From an uncultured Nitrospiraceae bacterium (GTDB lineage Bacteria; Nitrospirota; Thermodesulfovibrionia; Thermodesulfovibrionales; Dissulfurispiraceae), in contig CAVPIW010000014.1 in assembly GCA_963705105.1 (NCBI GenBank), forward strand, positions 192,001 to 256,000: DNA of 64,000 nucleotides, given 5' to 3'. This document shows, in pieces, positions 39,501 to 50,117 of this stretch. A program made the translations under genes and the position numbers. The first letter of the stretch is position 1, and the number at the start of each line of letters is the position of its first letter. The notes below the pieces were generated by a model. The model was not told where the DNA came from. It saw only the letters and a program-made list of their open reading frames with translations, and made no database searches.

Positions 39501-42500
39501 CCACGGCCTTTGGAGGTCGCGGTAATTATGATAGCCGGAGGGCCAGCGCGGGAACGGTTTACATCAAATACAGCAACCAGCAGCAGGGGGATCTGTACAT
39601 CGATGACAATGTCGTGGATGGCAGCGGGACCCCCAACGGGACATCACCGGAGTCTACCCCGCTCACCTACATTACCTTCGGGACCACCGCCGGGGTGAAT
39701 ACCGATGCGTTTACTTTGACCACGGATGGACTGGCGTCGTTGATGCCTGGAGGTCTGGTGGGGATGAGAATCAATCCGGACATTACCCAGCAGGAGACCT
39801 TTGTCATCCAGTCCAACACGGCGAATGTGATCACGGTAATCAATCCGAACGAGCACGGGATTAACTTCTCAGCGGTGGCCGGCGCAGGGAAGACGTATGG
39901 CGGATGGTACCGGTTTGACAATGTCTTCTTCCGCCGGGGAGGCAACTTGGTGGTGGGAGACATTATCGAGGCGGGAACGATGAGGATTGAAGAATATGGG
40001 GTATTGACTCACTTCGAGACGACGCCCAGCTTCGTCTCCCAGCTTGACCTGACTGTAGGGGATCTTGTCATTGATACCACCGGCCGGATCGATGTCACGG
40101 GTCGCGGGTATATTGGTGGCAAGGGAGATTGGGAGAGAGGCCGGACAGTGGGCAATGTCTATGGGTCCGGCTCTGGGACCGGTGGCAGCTACGGCGGTCT
40201 GGGAGGCCGCTACAATGATGGTTCGGCCGGGCAGCCCAATGACCTGTATGGCAGTCTTACGGACCCTGTGGACCTGGGCAGCGGCGGCGGCGCCTGGGGT
40301 GGTACGGATGGCGGTGACGGAGGCGGCCGGATCTTCATCACGGCGACACACATCACGCTTAATGGTCGCATCATGGCCAACGGCGGGGAGAGTGAGGGAA
40401 GCGCTGCGGGAGATGGCTCCGGTGGCACGGTCAGTATCGTGACCGGCAGCCTCGCCGGAGGAGGGATCATCCAGGCCAACGGCGGTGGTAATGGCAACGG
40501 CACCGGCGGCGGCGGCGGGAGAATCGCTATCTACCATAATGGCTCCCTGACAGTGCCTGCGGCCAATATCACGGCCATCGGGGATGCGGGGCATTATGGC
40601 GTCGGAGGAAATGGAACGGTCTATTTCAGAGGACCCGGGCAGCAATATGGCGATCTCATCGTAGATGGCCTCGGTAATGCCACTCCAACGGATACGACGA
40701 CCATACCCGGAGACTATACCTTTAATGACATTGTCCTTCGAAACTCCGCAAGGGTCGTTGCGGATGACGGCATCACCGTAACGGGCAGATTGCTGATCAC
40801 CGGCAATTCGATTCTCACGCACAGTGGCCCAAATGAGACCGGATTGGTGATCAACGCCTCGGTGGTTCAAGTGGACGCAGGCAGCGCAATTGACGTGACG
40901 GGTCGCGGCTACGCGGGAGGCGCTGGGGATTGGGAAAGCGGCCGGACATTGGGTAATGCATACGGGTCCGGACCCGGAACCGGTGGCAGCTACGGCGGTC
41001 TGGGAGGCCGATACAGTGATGGATCCGCGGGGCAGGCCAATCTGGTTTACGGCAACGTGAAGGACCCTATGTTCCTGGGCAGCGGTGGAGGATCCTGGGG
41101 TGGTTACGACGGGGGCAGTGGCGGCGGACGGATCACGATCCATGCAACTGAGGAAGTGATCGTTCACGGCGCCATCCGGTCAAACGGAGGAGAGAGCGCC
41201 GGCAGCGCAGCCGGAGACGGGTCCGGAGGATCGATCCGGATCGAAACATCCCGTCTTGCCGGGACCGGATCCATCAGCGCCAATGGCGGCGGGTCCGGCA
41301 ACGGTGTCGGCGGTGGTGGCGGACGGGTGGCCATCTATTGCGATTATGTGGATCCGACGGATGACCTCGGCGACCTTCGCGGCACCACGGCCTTTGGAGG
41401 TCGCGGTAATTATGATAGCCGGAGGGCCAGCGCGGGAACGGTTTACATCAAATACAGCAACCAGCAGCAGGGGGATCTGTACATTGATGACAATGTCGTG
41501 GATGGCAGCGGGACCCCCAACGGGACATCACCGGAGTCTACCCCGCTCACCTACATTACCTTCGGGACCACCGCCGGGGTGAATACCGATGCGTTTACTT
41601 TGACCACGGATGGACTGGCGTCGTTGATGCCTGGAGGTCTGGTGGGGATGAGAATCAATCCGGACATTACCCAGCAGGAGACCTTTGTCATCCAGTCCAA
41701 CACGGCGAATGCGATCACGGTAATCAATCCGAACGAGCACGGGATTAACTTCTCAGCGGTGGCCGGCGCAGGGAAGACGTATGGCGGATGGTACCGGTTT
41801 GACAATGTCTTCTTCCGCCGGGGAGGCAACTTGGTGGTGGGAGACATTATCGAGGCGGGAACGATGAGGATTGAAGAATATGGGGTATTGACTCACTTCG
41901 AGACGACGCCCAGCTTCGTCTCCCAGCTTGACCTGACTGTAGGGGATCTTGTCATTGATACCACCGGCCGGATCGATGTCACGGGTCGCGGGTATATTGG
42001 TGGCAAGGGAGATTGGGAGAGAGGCCGGACAGTGGGCAATGTCTATGGGTCCGGCTCTGGGACCGGTGGCAGCTACGGCGGTCTGGGAGGCCGCTACAAT
42101 GATGGTTCGGCCGGGCAGCCCAATGACCTGTATGGCAGTCTTACGGACCCTGTGGACCTGGGCAGCGGCGGCGGCGCCTGGGGTGGTACGGATGGCGGTG
42201 ACGGAGGCGGCCGGATCTTCATCACGGCGACACACATCACGCTTAATGGTCGCATCATGGCCAACGGCGGGGAGAGTGAGGGAAGCGCTGCGGGAGATGG
42301 CTCCGGTGGCACGGTCAGTATCGTGACCGGCAGCCTCGCCGGAGGAGGGATCATCCAGGCCAACGGCGGTGGTAATGGCAACGGCACCGGCGGCGGAGGC
42401 GGTAGAATCGCAATCGATTACAATACTTCCAGTTTCAGCGGTGCGATTACTGCCAATGGAGGGGACGGGTCCTACGGTGATGGTGGACCCGGCACGGTCA

Positions 42501-42511
42501 ACCAGCAATAG
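33518..42511 (+). CDS. Giant exported protein (Ig-like/Big domains plus five Gly-rich GGSYGG modules), about 2997 aa
   Basis: GGAGG before ATG 33518, signal peptide ending ARA, FSSSNPAVASV Big_2 motifs, repeated IDVTGRGY..GGSYGGLGG..LGSGGG..GGGRI. Confidence 0.87.
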   Translation: MRRGIRGRYSKGVLCALSFFLAVFVLLAGNPARADFTVTVTGPGGSASQTILGDVGGSFDVNIPLNKNAVNTIKVTATDAIGNSASEELKVTQVALDAIVVSKITAQRLSVQEVEQLVNDGIINLADPANYNVSAFDIVLTIADQPVPVRVPVAVPKIAEEKSGWEVYKLPPAGDGGGGDRPKPPPPEIIVFESTIPGPPGEPPISIPGVLVIEGKIKSLKEFFSVRLLLMNTSGIFTLTDITAMIEFPEGGLSTVSPKDGIISFGEILPGEGNQPGQKEKECIIRGDEIGMRDVKVNFGGFVRGPGIPEDKPIPFNGSAMTEVEVKGPPTFKVEVTHPDFVTQGVPYELKVDITNTADIPAMYASLSIALGADGVLVKCSVDGNGNPVCTQIQGEDIRNLGHILPDQKVSQVFTVMPLKSGAISSCMGASDQNISLQVYVGNIGCVVGQFPPDRVSPDGSPAVSVLPTPNANGIHPDSPVTAFFSELMNEASITTGPGGTFNVFDSAGNEVWGQLRLIRLPADPTANQKTVAIWQPTGGTLVGNKKYTVILTTNIMDLEGKRLPSKWESTFTTTGTGLDDMDPPTVSLSIEPPINPGYVLPGQIVKVDAYTADQGSGVARVEARIKDLDEPNAQYQLIDQKTVFAGDKPPFIFPIDSGKLILNHTYQFRATVYDGAGNPREATIAFKIAPTAAAPTVTLPEDPAQPVLHGISVDVTPLNVTGGVREVRFYLDDAPNPFRVVSIAPYQTSLGTLGLTLGTHTVRAVALDPLGQSGEDTLSFTLAENLNMPVVNFGSAVNGAKYALGEQILVKPVISDPVGLASVTYYLDGFPGNPGGNNGEVLYSGFAPILFSTTGRSLGSHTIYVKATNNLGVSNNLSDPESSLQFVITEYKEGPPPAAPTVNIVSYPENGTVTLQGNSVANARISVTNATKGLSINVNAATSGSFTAQIPADAGDTISLVAYDLTTSIYPSAATTVTVQAAPVLTGISGSPQSMSFNARNEYQDITVTGNYNQGPSSNVTSRATFSSSNPAVASVNSSGRVVALSYGTATITATVGGFQAQVSVTVTIVSLTSITVEPSPVNLVTIGQTRQLTVTGHYSNGTTQVLNSGNTFTAGNVGIATVNSSGLISAVGNGNTQITVFHSGVAPVAVPVMVDITQDTAPTVQILSPAPGSSVERGQNIQVTVRAQDTVGGVTRLTLTVTGETSHAELKQISPASPDTTQSFTFAVSSAAAIGGSITLSATAEDTGGKTSPVSSVTLNVVDLNAPVVSITLPANQTPFNYGDTVNVNISATDAVGVTQIRYETTGALTLSGSMAITPASPSAIASFSFVIPFGVTTPNVRILAYARDGYGREGAAIPVDIIITNADITPPATVVTAVADPGLNARTTITYQVTSGLADLDHVELYFRRNGIGTFNRYTDADGGNPQGTFSPEIGNAGSILFDSTKMGGDGTYDFYTVGVDKAGNREPAPVSADQTAVFNAGTVWTTMNSPTTIGEGDTAFDNKNLRITGATVTVNGPHSFKNVELLNGAVLTHSDTTASQEFSLNLSAWTLSIDSTSRIDVAGRGYIGGNGDWESGRTVGNVYGSGSGTGGSYGGLGGRYNDGSAGQPNSVYGSLTDPVDLGSGGGAWGGTDGGDGGGRILINAVNVTVDGSIRANGGESAGSAAGDGSGGGIRISTKTLSGAGNITANGGGSGNGTGGGGGRIAITFFDMETMNAGGITAMGGLGQYGSGANGTVFLKQEQTAGGELVITGQGPATPWTNLTIPTGYTFDSITLRDNARVITNDPITVTGALWVTGNSILTHSGPNEAGLVINASVVQVDAGSAIDVTGRGYAGGAGDWESGRTLGNAYGSGPGTGGSYGGLGGRYSDGSAGQANLVYGNVKDPVFLGSGGGSWGGYDGGSGGGRITIHATEEVIVHGAIRSNGGESAGSAAGDGSGGSIRIETSRLAGTGSISANGGGSGNGVGGGGGRVAIYCDYVDPTDDLGDLRGTTAFGGRGNYDSRRASAGTVYIKYSNQQQGDLYIDDNVVDGSGTPNGTSPESTPLTYITFGTTAGVNTDAFTLTTDGLASLMPGGLVGMRINPDITQQETFVIQSNTANVITVINPNEHGINFSAVAGAGKTYGGWYRFDNVFFRRGGNLVVGDIIEAGTMRIEEYGVLTHFETTPSFVSQLDLTVGDLVIDTTGRIDVTGRGYIGGKGDWERGRTVGNVYGSGSGTGGSYGGLGGRYNDGSAGQPNDLYGSLTDPVDLGSGGGAWGGTDGGDGGGRIFITATHITLNGRIMANGGESEGSAAGDGSGGTVSIVTGSLAGGGIIQANGGGNGNGTGGGGGRIAIYHNGSLTVPAANITAIGDAGHYGVGGNGTVYFRGPGQQYGDLIVDGLGNATPTDTTTIPGDYTFNDIVLRNSARVVADDGITVTGRLLITGNSILTHSGPNETGLVINASVVQVDAGSAIDVTGRGYAGGAGDWESGRTLGNAYGSGPGTGGSYGGLGGRYSDGSAGQANLVYGNVKDPMFLGSGGGSWGGYDGGSGGGRITIHATEEVIVHGAIRSNGGESAGSAAGDGSGGSIRIETSRLAGTGSISANGGGSGNGVGGGGGRVAIYCDYVDPTDDLGDLRGTTAFGGRGNYDSRRASAGTVYIKYSNQQQGDLYIDDNVVDGSGTPNGTSPESTPLTYITFGTTAGVNTDAFTLTTDGLASLMPGGLVGMRINPDITQQETFVIQSNTANAITVINPNEHGINFSAVAGAGKTYGGWYRFDNVFFRRGGNLVVGDIIEAGTMRIEEYGVLTHFETTPSFVSQLDLTVGDLVIDTTGRIDVTGRGYIGGKGDWERGRTVGNVYGSGSGTGGSYGGLGGRYNDGSAGQPNDLYGSLTDPVDLGSGGGAWGGTDGGDGGGRIFITATHITLNGRIMANGGESEGSAAGDGSGGTVSIVTGSLAGGGIIQANGGGNGNGTGGGGGRIAIDYNTSSFSGAITANGGDGSYGDGGPGTVNQQ
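38915..42396 (+). repeat. Near-identical 1.6-kb intragenic duplication (38915-40512 vs 40799-42396, period 1884 bp)
   Basis: Only about six substitutions seen by eye. Confidence 0.95.
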
Positions 42512-42656
42512 AAGTGGTCGATGGACGAGCCTCCGATTCAGACAGGATGTGCAGAGCGGCTGCTCCTCGACCCGACAGAAGCATAAACGGCGATGAAGCT
42601 CAGCTCTGAATAGGTTCTGGATGAGCATGCTCAGTCCCTGAAGAATTCACAATCAT

Positions 42657-42697
42657 CATGCCGGTCCCTGCGCGAATCCCCGCCGGGGGCCGGCATG
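42657..42697. terminator. GC-rich hairpin after the giant-protein operon
   Basis: CATGCCGGTCCC...GGGGCCGGCATG; no immediate U-tract. Confidence 0.4.
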
Positions 42698-42761
42698 CTC
42701 ACACCATTTTCCCGTCATTCCTGTTTCTCTTTTCATTCCATTCATGTATAATTTCAACTGT

Positions 42762-43637
42762 ATGATCAGAAATGACCTTACATTCCTCCGTCCTCAGGTC
42801 CTCACCTTCATCAACATCTTCCTTGCCGTCATCATCGTTCTCGCTGCCCTCGTGCTCGCCCGGGACGTGCTGACCTTCGCCTCCAGAAAGCCGCTGACGC
42901 CCCTGAAGGCGGCGGGATCAGCGGACAAGGGACAAGCCGCGGACACCCTCCAGTCCTACGAGCCCATCGTCAGGAACAACTTCTTCGGCGCGCCGGGAGG
43001 CCCGCTGAAGCCCCTGACTGCTTCGAAAGACGGCGGACAGGCACAGTCCGACAAGTCCCTTGTCGGGACGGTTGCGCCGGTCCAGGGTTACAAGGGATAT
43101 GCGATTTTCATGGACAAGTCAGGGACGCAGGAAGTCATCAAGGTGGGGGACAAAGTCCCCGGTATGGGCCGCCTCGAAAAAGTGGACAGGGACAAGGCCA
43201 CTGTGCGGGGTGACGCCGGGACCGTCGTCGTCCCCCTTGTCGACATTGTGAAGATAACGGATGTGCACACGGCCCAGAGCGGAGGCGGAGCATCCGACTT
43301 TGCCAGGCCCGTGGGAACGGGCAGCTTCATCGTCGACCAGAAGAAGATCCTCCAGGCCCTCGAAAACCCTAACCAGCTCATGACGGACGCCCGGCTGACG
43401 CCGAACGTCGTCAACGACCGCCAGGAGGGCTTCATGCTCCGCGAAGTCAGGGAAGGCGGCATTTACAGGAATCTCGGGCTGCAGAACGGTGATGTTCTTT
43501 TGCGCATTAATGATTATAATATCTCGAACCCGGAAAACGCCCTGCAGGCCTTCTCGGCGCTCCGGGGCATGGACAGGGTCCAGCTGGATATCATTCGCGG
43601 CGGCAACAAGATGAACCTGAACTACCAGATTCGGTGA
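42762..43637 (+). CDS. gspC: Type II secretion protein C (TM, HR, PDZ)
   Basis: IVRNNFFG, LVGTV, YRNLGLQNGDVLLRIN PDZ; first gene of the gsp cluster. Confidence 0.88.
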   Translation: MIRNDLTFLRPQVLTFINIFLAVIIVLAALVLARDVLTFASRKPLTPLKAAGSADKGQAADTLQSYEPIVRNNFFGAPGGPLKPLTASKDGGQAQSDKSLVGTVAPVQGYKGYAIFMDKSGTQEVIKVGDKVPGMGRLEKVDRDKATVRGDAGTVVVPLVDIVKITDVHTAQSGGGASDFARPVGTGSFIVDQKKILQALENPNQLMTDARLTPNVVNDRQEGFMLREVREGGIYRNLGLQNGDVLLRINDYNISNPENALQAFSALRGMDRVQLDIIRGGNKMNLNYQIR

Positions 43638-43653
43638 CACAGAGGATGAAATC

Positions 43654-45915
43654 TTGAAAAGCGGGACTGAGATAATCATTGTCGCTGTCAGCAAGACTTT
43701 GAGACACTTTGCCCTGCCGTTGCCATGCAACCTGAATATGATGAACCATGCGATCATCTTTCTTTTCGTCATACCTCTTCTCCTTTCACTCCTGCTCACG
43801 CCGGTCCTGCCGGTTCATAACGCCTGTGCGGCTCCCCGGGAAAGTCACCCGGCCGATCAGAAGGTGACCGTCAACTTCGTCGATGTGGACCTGACGGTGG
43901 TGACGAAATTCATCAGCGAGGTGACGAAGAAGAACTTCATTTACGATGAACGCGTCAAGGGGAAGATAACGATCATCGCGCCATCGAAGCTCAGCATCGA
44001 AGACGCGTTCAGCCTCTTCACATCCGTTCTCGACCTCAAGGGGTTCACCGTCGTGCCCTCCGGCGTCAACGCCTATAAGATCATCCCCTCTTCCGAGGCG
44101 AAACAGCGCGGCGTTACGATCGTGAGCGATCGGAAACCGGTGAACGAAAGTTACATGGCCCGGCTCATTCCGCTGAAAAACGTCTCCTCCGATGACGCCC
44201 TGAAATTCATCCAGCCCATCGTGTCGAAGGACGGGTATGCATCGTCCTTCGGTCCCGGCAATTTGCTCCTCGTCATCGACTCGGGCCTGAACATGGAGAA
44301 GGTCCTCTCCATCATCGAGAGCATCGACCAGCCGTCCATGAGGGAGGGCCCGGAGATCGTGTATCTCAAACATTCCAGCGCCGATGCCGTGGCGAAGATC
44401 ATCAACGAAGGGTCCGTCCGCAGATCGCGGGCGGTTCCGCAGCCCGCTACCGGTGAGGACGCCAAGGCCGTGGCGGACCAGCGGCTGAACGCCGTCGTGA
44501 TCTTCGGGGACAAGGGCGCGAGGGAATCCATGAAATCCCTGATCGCACTGCTCGATGTTCCTTCTCCGGAAATGCAGGGGAGGATCAACGTCTACTTCCT
44601 CGAGCATGCCGACGCCTCGGAGCTCGTCAAGGTGATCGAGGGGATCATACGGGGAGGCCAGCAGCGCCAGCAGGCCGCTGCAGCGCCCGGAGGGGCGCCG
44701 GTCACGCCCTTCGAGGCGGCCGGGGGCATCACGGTGACGGCCGACAAGGCCACCAACTCCCTGGTCATCGTCGCCTCTCCCTCCGACTATCAGAACCTGC
44801 TGCAGGTGATCAGGCAGCTCGACAGGCAGCGAAGGCAGGTCTTCGTCGAGGCGATGATCGTCGAGGCGTCGATAGACAAGCTGAGAGAGCTGGGCATCAA
44901 ATGGAGGGCCACGGTCCAAAAGGACGGTGAGCCCATCGTGATCGGAGGATTCGGTACCATTGATTCGGCAGCGGTCCAGACCATCCTCACCGGCCTCCAG
45001 GGCGCCACCCTCGGGGGGCTTGGTAACTTCCTCGATGTGCCCTTCACGACGGTCCGGCCCGACGGTTCCGTCGTCAAGTCGACACTGACCATCCCGGGTT
45101 TCGCCGCTCTCTTCAACCTGAACGAGTTCAAGGACTCGATCAATGTCCTGTCGACACCGCAGATCCTCACGTCGGACAACAAGGAGGCGGAGATCGTCGT
45201 CGGTGAAAACGTGCCGTTCATCAGCAAGCGGGAGTCGGATCCGACGAGGACGGCGTCGGTCTTCAGCACGATCGAGCGGAAGGACGTGGGCATCATCCTG
45301 AAGCTCACCCCCCAGATCACCGAGGGGGACCATGTGAAACTGAACATCTATCAGGAGATCTCGGCGCTGAAAAACGAATCGGAAGTCGTCGCCATCACCG
45401 TCGGGCCGAGCATCACGAAGCGGGCGACGACGACGTCCGTCGTGGTAAAGGACCGGCAGACCGTCATCATCGGCGGCCTCATGCAGGAGCGGATCGAGGA
45501 CAACCTCACGAAGGTGCCTTTCTTCGGGGACCTCCCCCTGCTGGGATACCTCTTCCGGAGCAGGAGCACGTCGAGGGAAAAAACGAACCTCCTCGTTTTT
45601 CTCACACCCCATGTCGTGAAGCAGGCGGAGACTCTCGATGCGATAACCGAGACGAAACGGAAGGAGTTCGCCATTGCCGAAGGCAGATATACCCCGGGGG
45701 AGGTCCTCGTGAAATTCAAGGAGGGAGTCACGAGGGAGCGGGCCGTCGAAATTATCAGTGAAAGAGGCTCCGTCATCATAGGCTTCATCCAGGCTGCCGG
45801 CATTTATCACCTGAAGCTCAGGGAGAAACTGCCCGTCGAGGAAGGGGTGAAGGAATTCGGCCTCTACCCTGAAGTGAAATACGCTGAGCCGAACTACACG
45901 ATCAAGATGCAGTGA
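43654..45915 (+). CDS. gspD: Type II secretion secretin GspD with an extra C-terminal domain (alternative start ATG 43738)
   Basis: VTVNFVDVDL..KNFIYDERVKGKITII, RRQVFVEAMIVE, STPQILTSDNKEA, KVPFFGDLPLLGYLF, TNLLVFLTPHV. Confidence 0.95.
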   Translation: MKSGTEIIIVAVSKTLRHFALPLPCNLNMMNHAIIFLFVIPLLLSLLLTPVLPVHNACAAPRESHPADQKVTVNFVDVDLTVVTKFISEVTKKNFIYDERVKGKITIIAPSKLSIEDAFSLFTSVLDLKGFTVVPSGVNAYKIIPSSEAKQRGVTIVSDRKPVNESYMARLIPLKNVSSDDALKFIQPIVSKDGYASSFGPGNLLLVIDSGLNMEKVLSIIESIDQPSMREGPEIVYLKHSSADAVAKIINEGSVRRSRAVPQPATGEDAKAVADQRLNAVVIFGDKGARESMKSLIALLDVPSPEMQGRINVYFLEHADASELVKVIEGIIRGGQQRQQAAAAPGGAPVTPFEAAGGITVTADKATNSLVIVASPSDYQNLLQVIRQLDRQRRQVFVEAMIVEASIDKLRELGIKWRATVQKDGEPIVIGGFGTIDSAAVQTILTGLQGATLGGLGNFLDVPFTTVRPDGSVVKSTLTIPGFAALFNLNEFKDSINVLSTPQILTSDNKEAEIVVGENVPFISKRESDPTRTASVFSTIERKDVGIILKLTPQITEGDHVKLNIYQEISALKNESEVVAITVGPSITKRATTTSVVVKDRQTVIIGGLMQERIEDNLTKVPFFGDLPLLGYLFRSRSTSREKTNLLVFLTPHVVKQAETLDAITETKRKEFAIAEGRYTPGEVLVKFKEGVTRERAVEIISERGSVIIGFIQAAGIYHLKLREKLPVEEGVKEFGLYPEVKYAEPNYTIKMQ

Positions 45916-45944
45916 CAATGACCTGATCGTTGCACAAGCCCCCC

Positions 45945-46128
45945 GGAAAAGGCGGGGCGAAGATGCCGACAAGTCTTGCTGCTAAGACACCTTATCAATC
46001 GTCAGACCACCGTTTAAGGGGAATGTTCAACTGCGTAAAATTCAATCGATGAGAACCGGCACTGCAATGATCAATGTCGCATTCAGCAAGACGGCGCGGC
46101 GCTTTGCCCAGCCTTTCCATGCAACCAC
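45945..46128. repeat. Degenerate repeat-family copy between gspD and the CPBP gene
   Basis: GGAAAAGGCGGGGCGAAGATGCC ... GGCGCTTTGCCCAGCCTTTCC ends. Confidence 0.8.
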
Positions 46129-46149
46129 GGCAATTCTATATGTCGCCCG

Positions 46150-46733
46150 ATGAAGACGACCCTCCCGGCACAGCGCAGACACATCCCTTTCAAATGGCTT
46201 CTCCTTTCTTACTGCGGCGTCATCATCGCAGCTATCCTCGTCCATGTCGCTGAAGTCCCCTTTGCTCCCGCCCTCGTCGCCCTGAGCCTCGCCGTCCCGC
46301 CGCTCCTTCTCCAGAGGGGGATCAATCTCTTCCTGTCGCCGAAAGACATGCTGGCGGGTCTCCTCGTTTCCCTCGGCGTTCTCATTCCCTATGCAGCGTG
46401 GATGTTTGCCGCGGGACGCGGTTTCACCATGCCTTCAGCGCTGACCGTCCTTCATCAGACCGTCTTCGTCGCCTTTCCCGAAGAGACCTTCTTCCGGGGC
46501 TTTTTGCAGGAACAGTTTGGGAACACCTTTGCCGGGATCTTTATCGTGAGCGCCCTTTTCGCCCTGGCCCATCTCCCCCGGGCCGCCCTGACAGGGGATT
46601 GGTCGGCGCTGCTGACTTTCTTCCCCTCCCTTGTCATGGGAGGGCTGTACTGGAAGACGGGCAACGTCCTGCCGGGGATCGTCTTTCATGTGCTCTCCAA
46701 TATCGCCCACAACGGCTTTGCGGGGCAGCCGGG

Positions 46734-46737
<4 letters not shown>
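46150..46737 (+). CDS. CPBP-family glutamic-type intramembrane protease (myxosortase-like)
   Basis: PEETFFRG, SALFALAHL, FFPSLVMG, IVFHVLSN; coupled to gspE by ATGA. Confidence 0.85.
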
Positions 46738-48252
<1,515 letters not shown>

Positions 48253-48272
<20 letters not shown>

Positions 48273-49428
48273 GGGCTACAGGGCCGACGGGACGGAGGCT
48301 GCGGGGACGATCGAGGCGTCGGGCCAGTCCGAGGCCCTCGACCGGGTGAAGGCCGAAGGCATCTTCCCGAGCAGTGTCACCGAGCCCCGGGCCGCGACGC
48401 AGAGACGTTTCTTTCAAAGGGTCGATGAGACCTTTCTTCCCGCACTGACGCGCCAGCTCTCGATTCTCCTCTCCGCCGGCGTCCCCCTCATGGAGGCCCT
48501 CGCCTCGCTCTCCCGTGAATACGAGGGCTTCTATCAGCAGCTGCTCATCTCCGTCAAAGAGCGCGTGGCAGGGGGAGCGGGCCTTCACCGCGCCCTCGAA
48601 GACTTCGGCGATTTCTTTCCCGATTTCTATATCAGCATGATTCAGGCGGGTGAGATGAGCGGCAGCCTCGACAGGGTCCTCACGAAGCTCTCCGATTTTC
48701 TCGAACGGCAGCAGGACATACGGTCGAAGGTGCGGTCGGCCATGATCTACCCGCTCCTCATGATGGGCGTTAGCATCGTCGTGCTCTCCTTCCTCTTCAC
48801 CTTCGTCATACCGAAGATCGTCAAAATATTCAAGGACACCCAGAGTACACTGCCCCCGGTGACGCAGGTGCTTATCTTCGTCAGCAACGTGTTCACGAAC
48901 TATTGGTGGCTCCTGATCATCGTCGTCGCGCTGATCGCGGCCTTGGTGAAGAGGTTTGTCAGAACGCAGAGACCTCTCGTCGACAGGCTGCTCCTCAGCA
49001 TGCCCGGCGGCGTCATGAAAAGCCTCTGTTACGGACGCTTCGCTCGGACGATGGCCTTCCTCCTCGAAGGCGGTCTGCCCGTTCTGAAGGCCCTCAGCCT
49101 CTCCGCCAAATCGACGGGCAACACCGATATCGAGGCATCCGTCCGCCGCGCCGCAGAGAGGGTCACGGAGGGACAGCGGCTGTCGGCGGCACTCGACGGT
49201 TTTCCGCCCGTCTTCCTGCAGCTCGTCGCCACCGGGGAAAAGAGCGGCAGGCTGCCGGAGACGCTGAACAAGGCGGCGGACTCCTATGAAGATGAGTTCA
49301 GCCGCTCCATGGGCAGGGTCGTGGCGCTCTTCGAGCCCCTCATGATCCTCGTCATGGGCCTCGTCGTCGGCTTCATCGTCCTCGCCGTCCTGCTTCCCAT
49401 GTTCCAGCTCAACCAGTTGATCAAGTAG
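48253..49428 (+). CDS. gspF: Type II secretion inner-membrane protein F
   Basis: TRQLSILLSAGVPL, AGEMSGSLD, SAMIYP, GEKSGRL, FEPLMI. Confidence 0.95.
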
Positions 49429-49559
49429 GACAGGAGACATCCGCTACTCGTCAAGCCAGTCCGTTGCCGGCACTGCAAGAAAGTCGTATGGATCATTCCT
49501 TCATAGAAGGATGGATACTTAAGCATCGATGCGGGTACTGGAGAAACGATATGGCATCA

Positions 49560-49832
49560 TCTGCCGTATTGCATTGAAAGCGATCAACTGACTGTGGAGC
49601 CTGGGCATGAAGGCAGCTAATCGGGTAAGGGACGTTAGTTGACCGTCCCTCCCGGAAACACCCACCGTGCGAGATGGAGCCCAGGCCGTGTGGCGCAAAG
49701 AAACTGAAGGAAACACCGTACTACAGGATCCGCAGCGGAGATTTCAGAATTGTTTACAGCATCGATGACAAAGCAGAACTTGTCAAAATCCTCTCCATCG
49801 GTGACCGCAAAGACGTTTACAGATTGCTCTGA
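49560..49832 (+). pseudogene. Degraded RelE/ParE-family toxin
   Basis: 49674-49832 reads EPRPCGAKKLKETPYYRIRSGDFRIVYSIDDKAELVKILSIGDRKDVYRLL*; the 5' part is disrupted. Confidence 0.75.
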
Positions 49833-50117
49833 CCTTTCTCGCAAGCAAACCACAACATCCCGCCGTCGATGCATGATATCCGAAGAAGAAAATCTGTCGT
49901 CACTTCTTGCATCCGCTTTTAATTTCTATATAACAGAAAATATCTGCCTTGTCTTGACATTTTTTCTCTTTTTTTTGATCTTTCTTGCTTTTCTGTCGGT
50001 ATTTATGAGACTGGTGATGATTGTAGGCGATAGACACGCAGTCACCCCCCCACTGCCAACCTCGATTATTGTTTGCAAGGGTTTACTGTCTCCTCTTTAT
50101 TCAGGTACAATACGGAC

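Noticed and set aside
43786..45972. 728-aa minus-strand ORF and similar long antisense ORFs (34778-36103, 48178-49440, 5865-6794)
   Set aside because: Opposite well-supported genes; typical high-GC antisense frames with no recognisable motifs.
46398..46733. N-terminal extension of GspE in the ORF track
   Set aside because: Overlaps the CPBP gene in another frame; ATG 46734 gives a canonical ATGA-coupled start.
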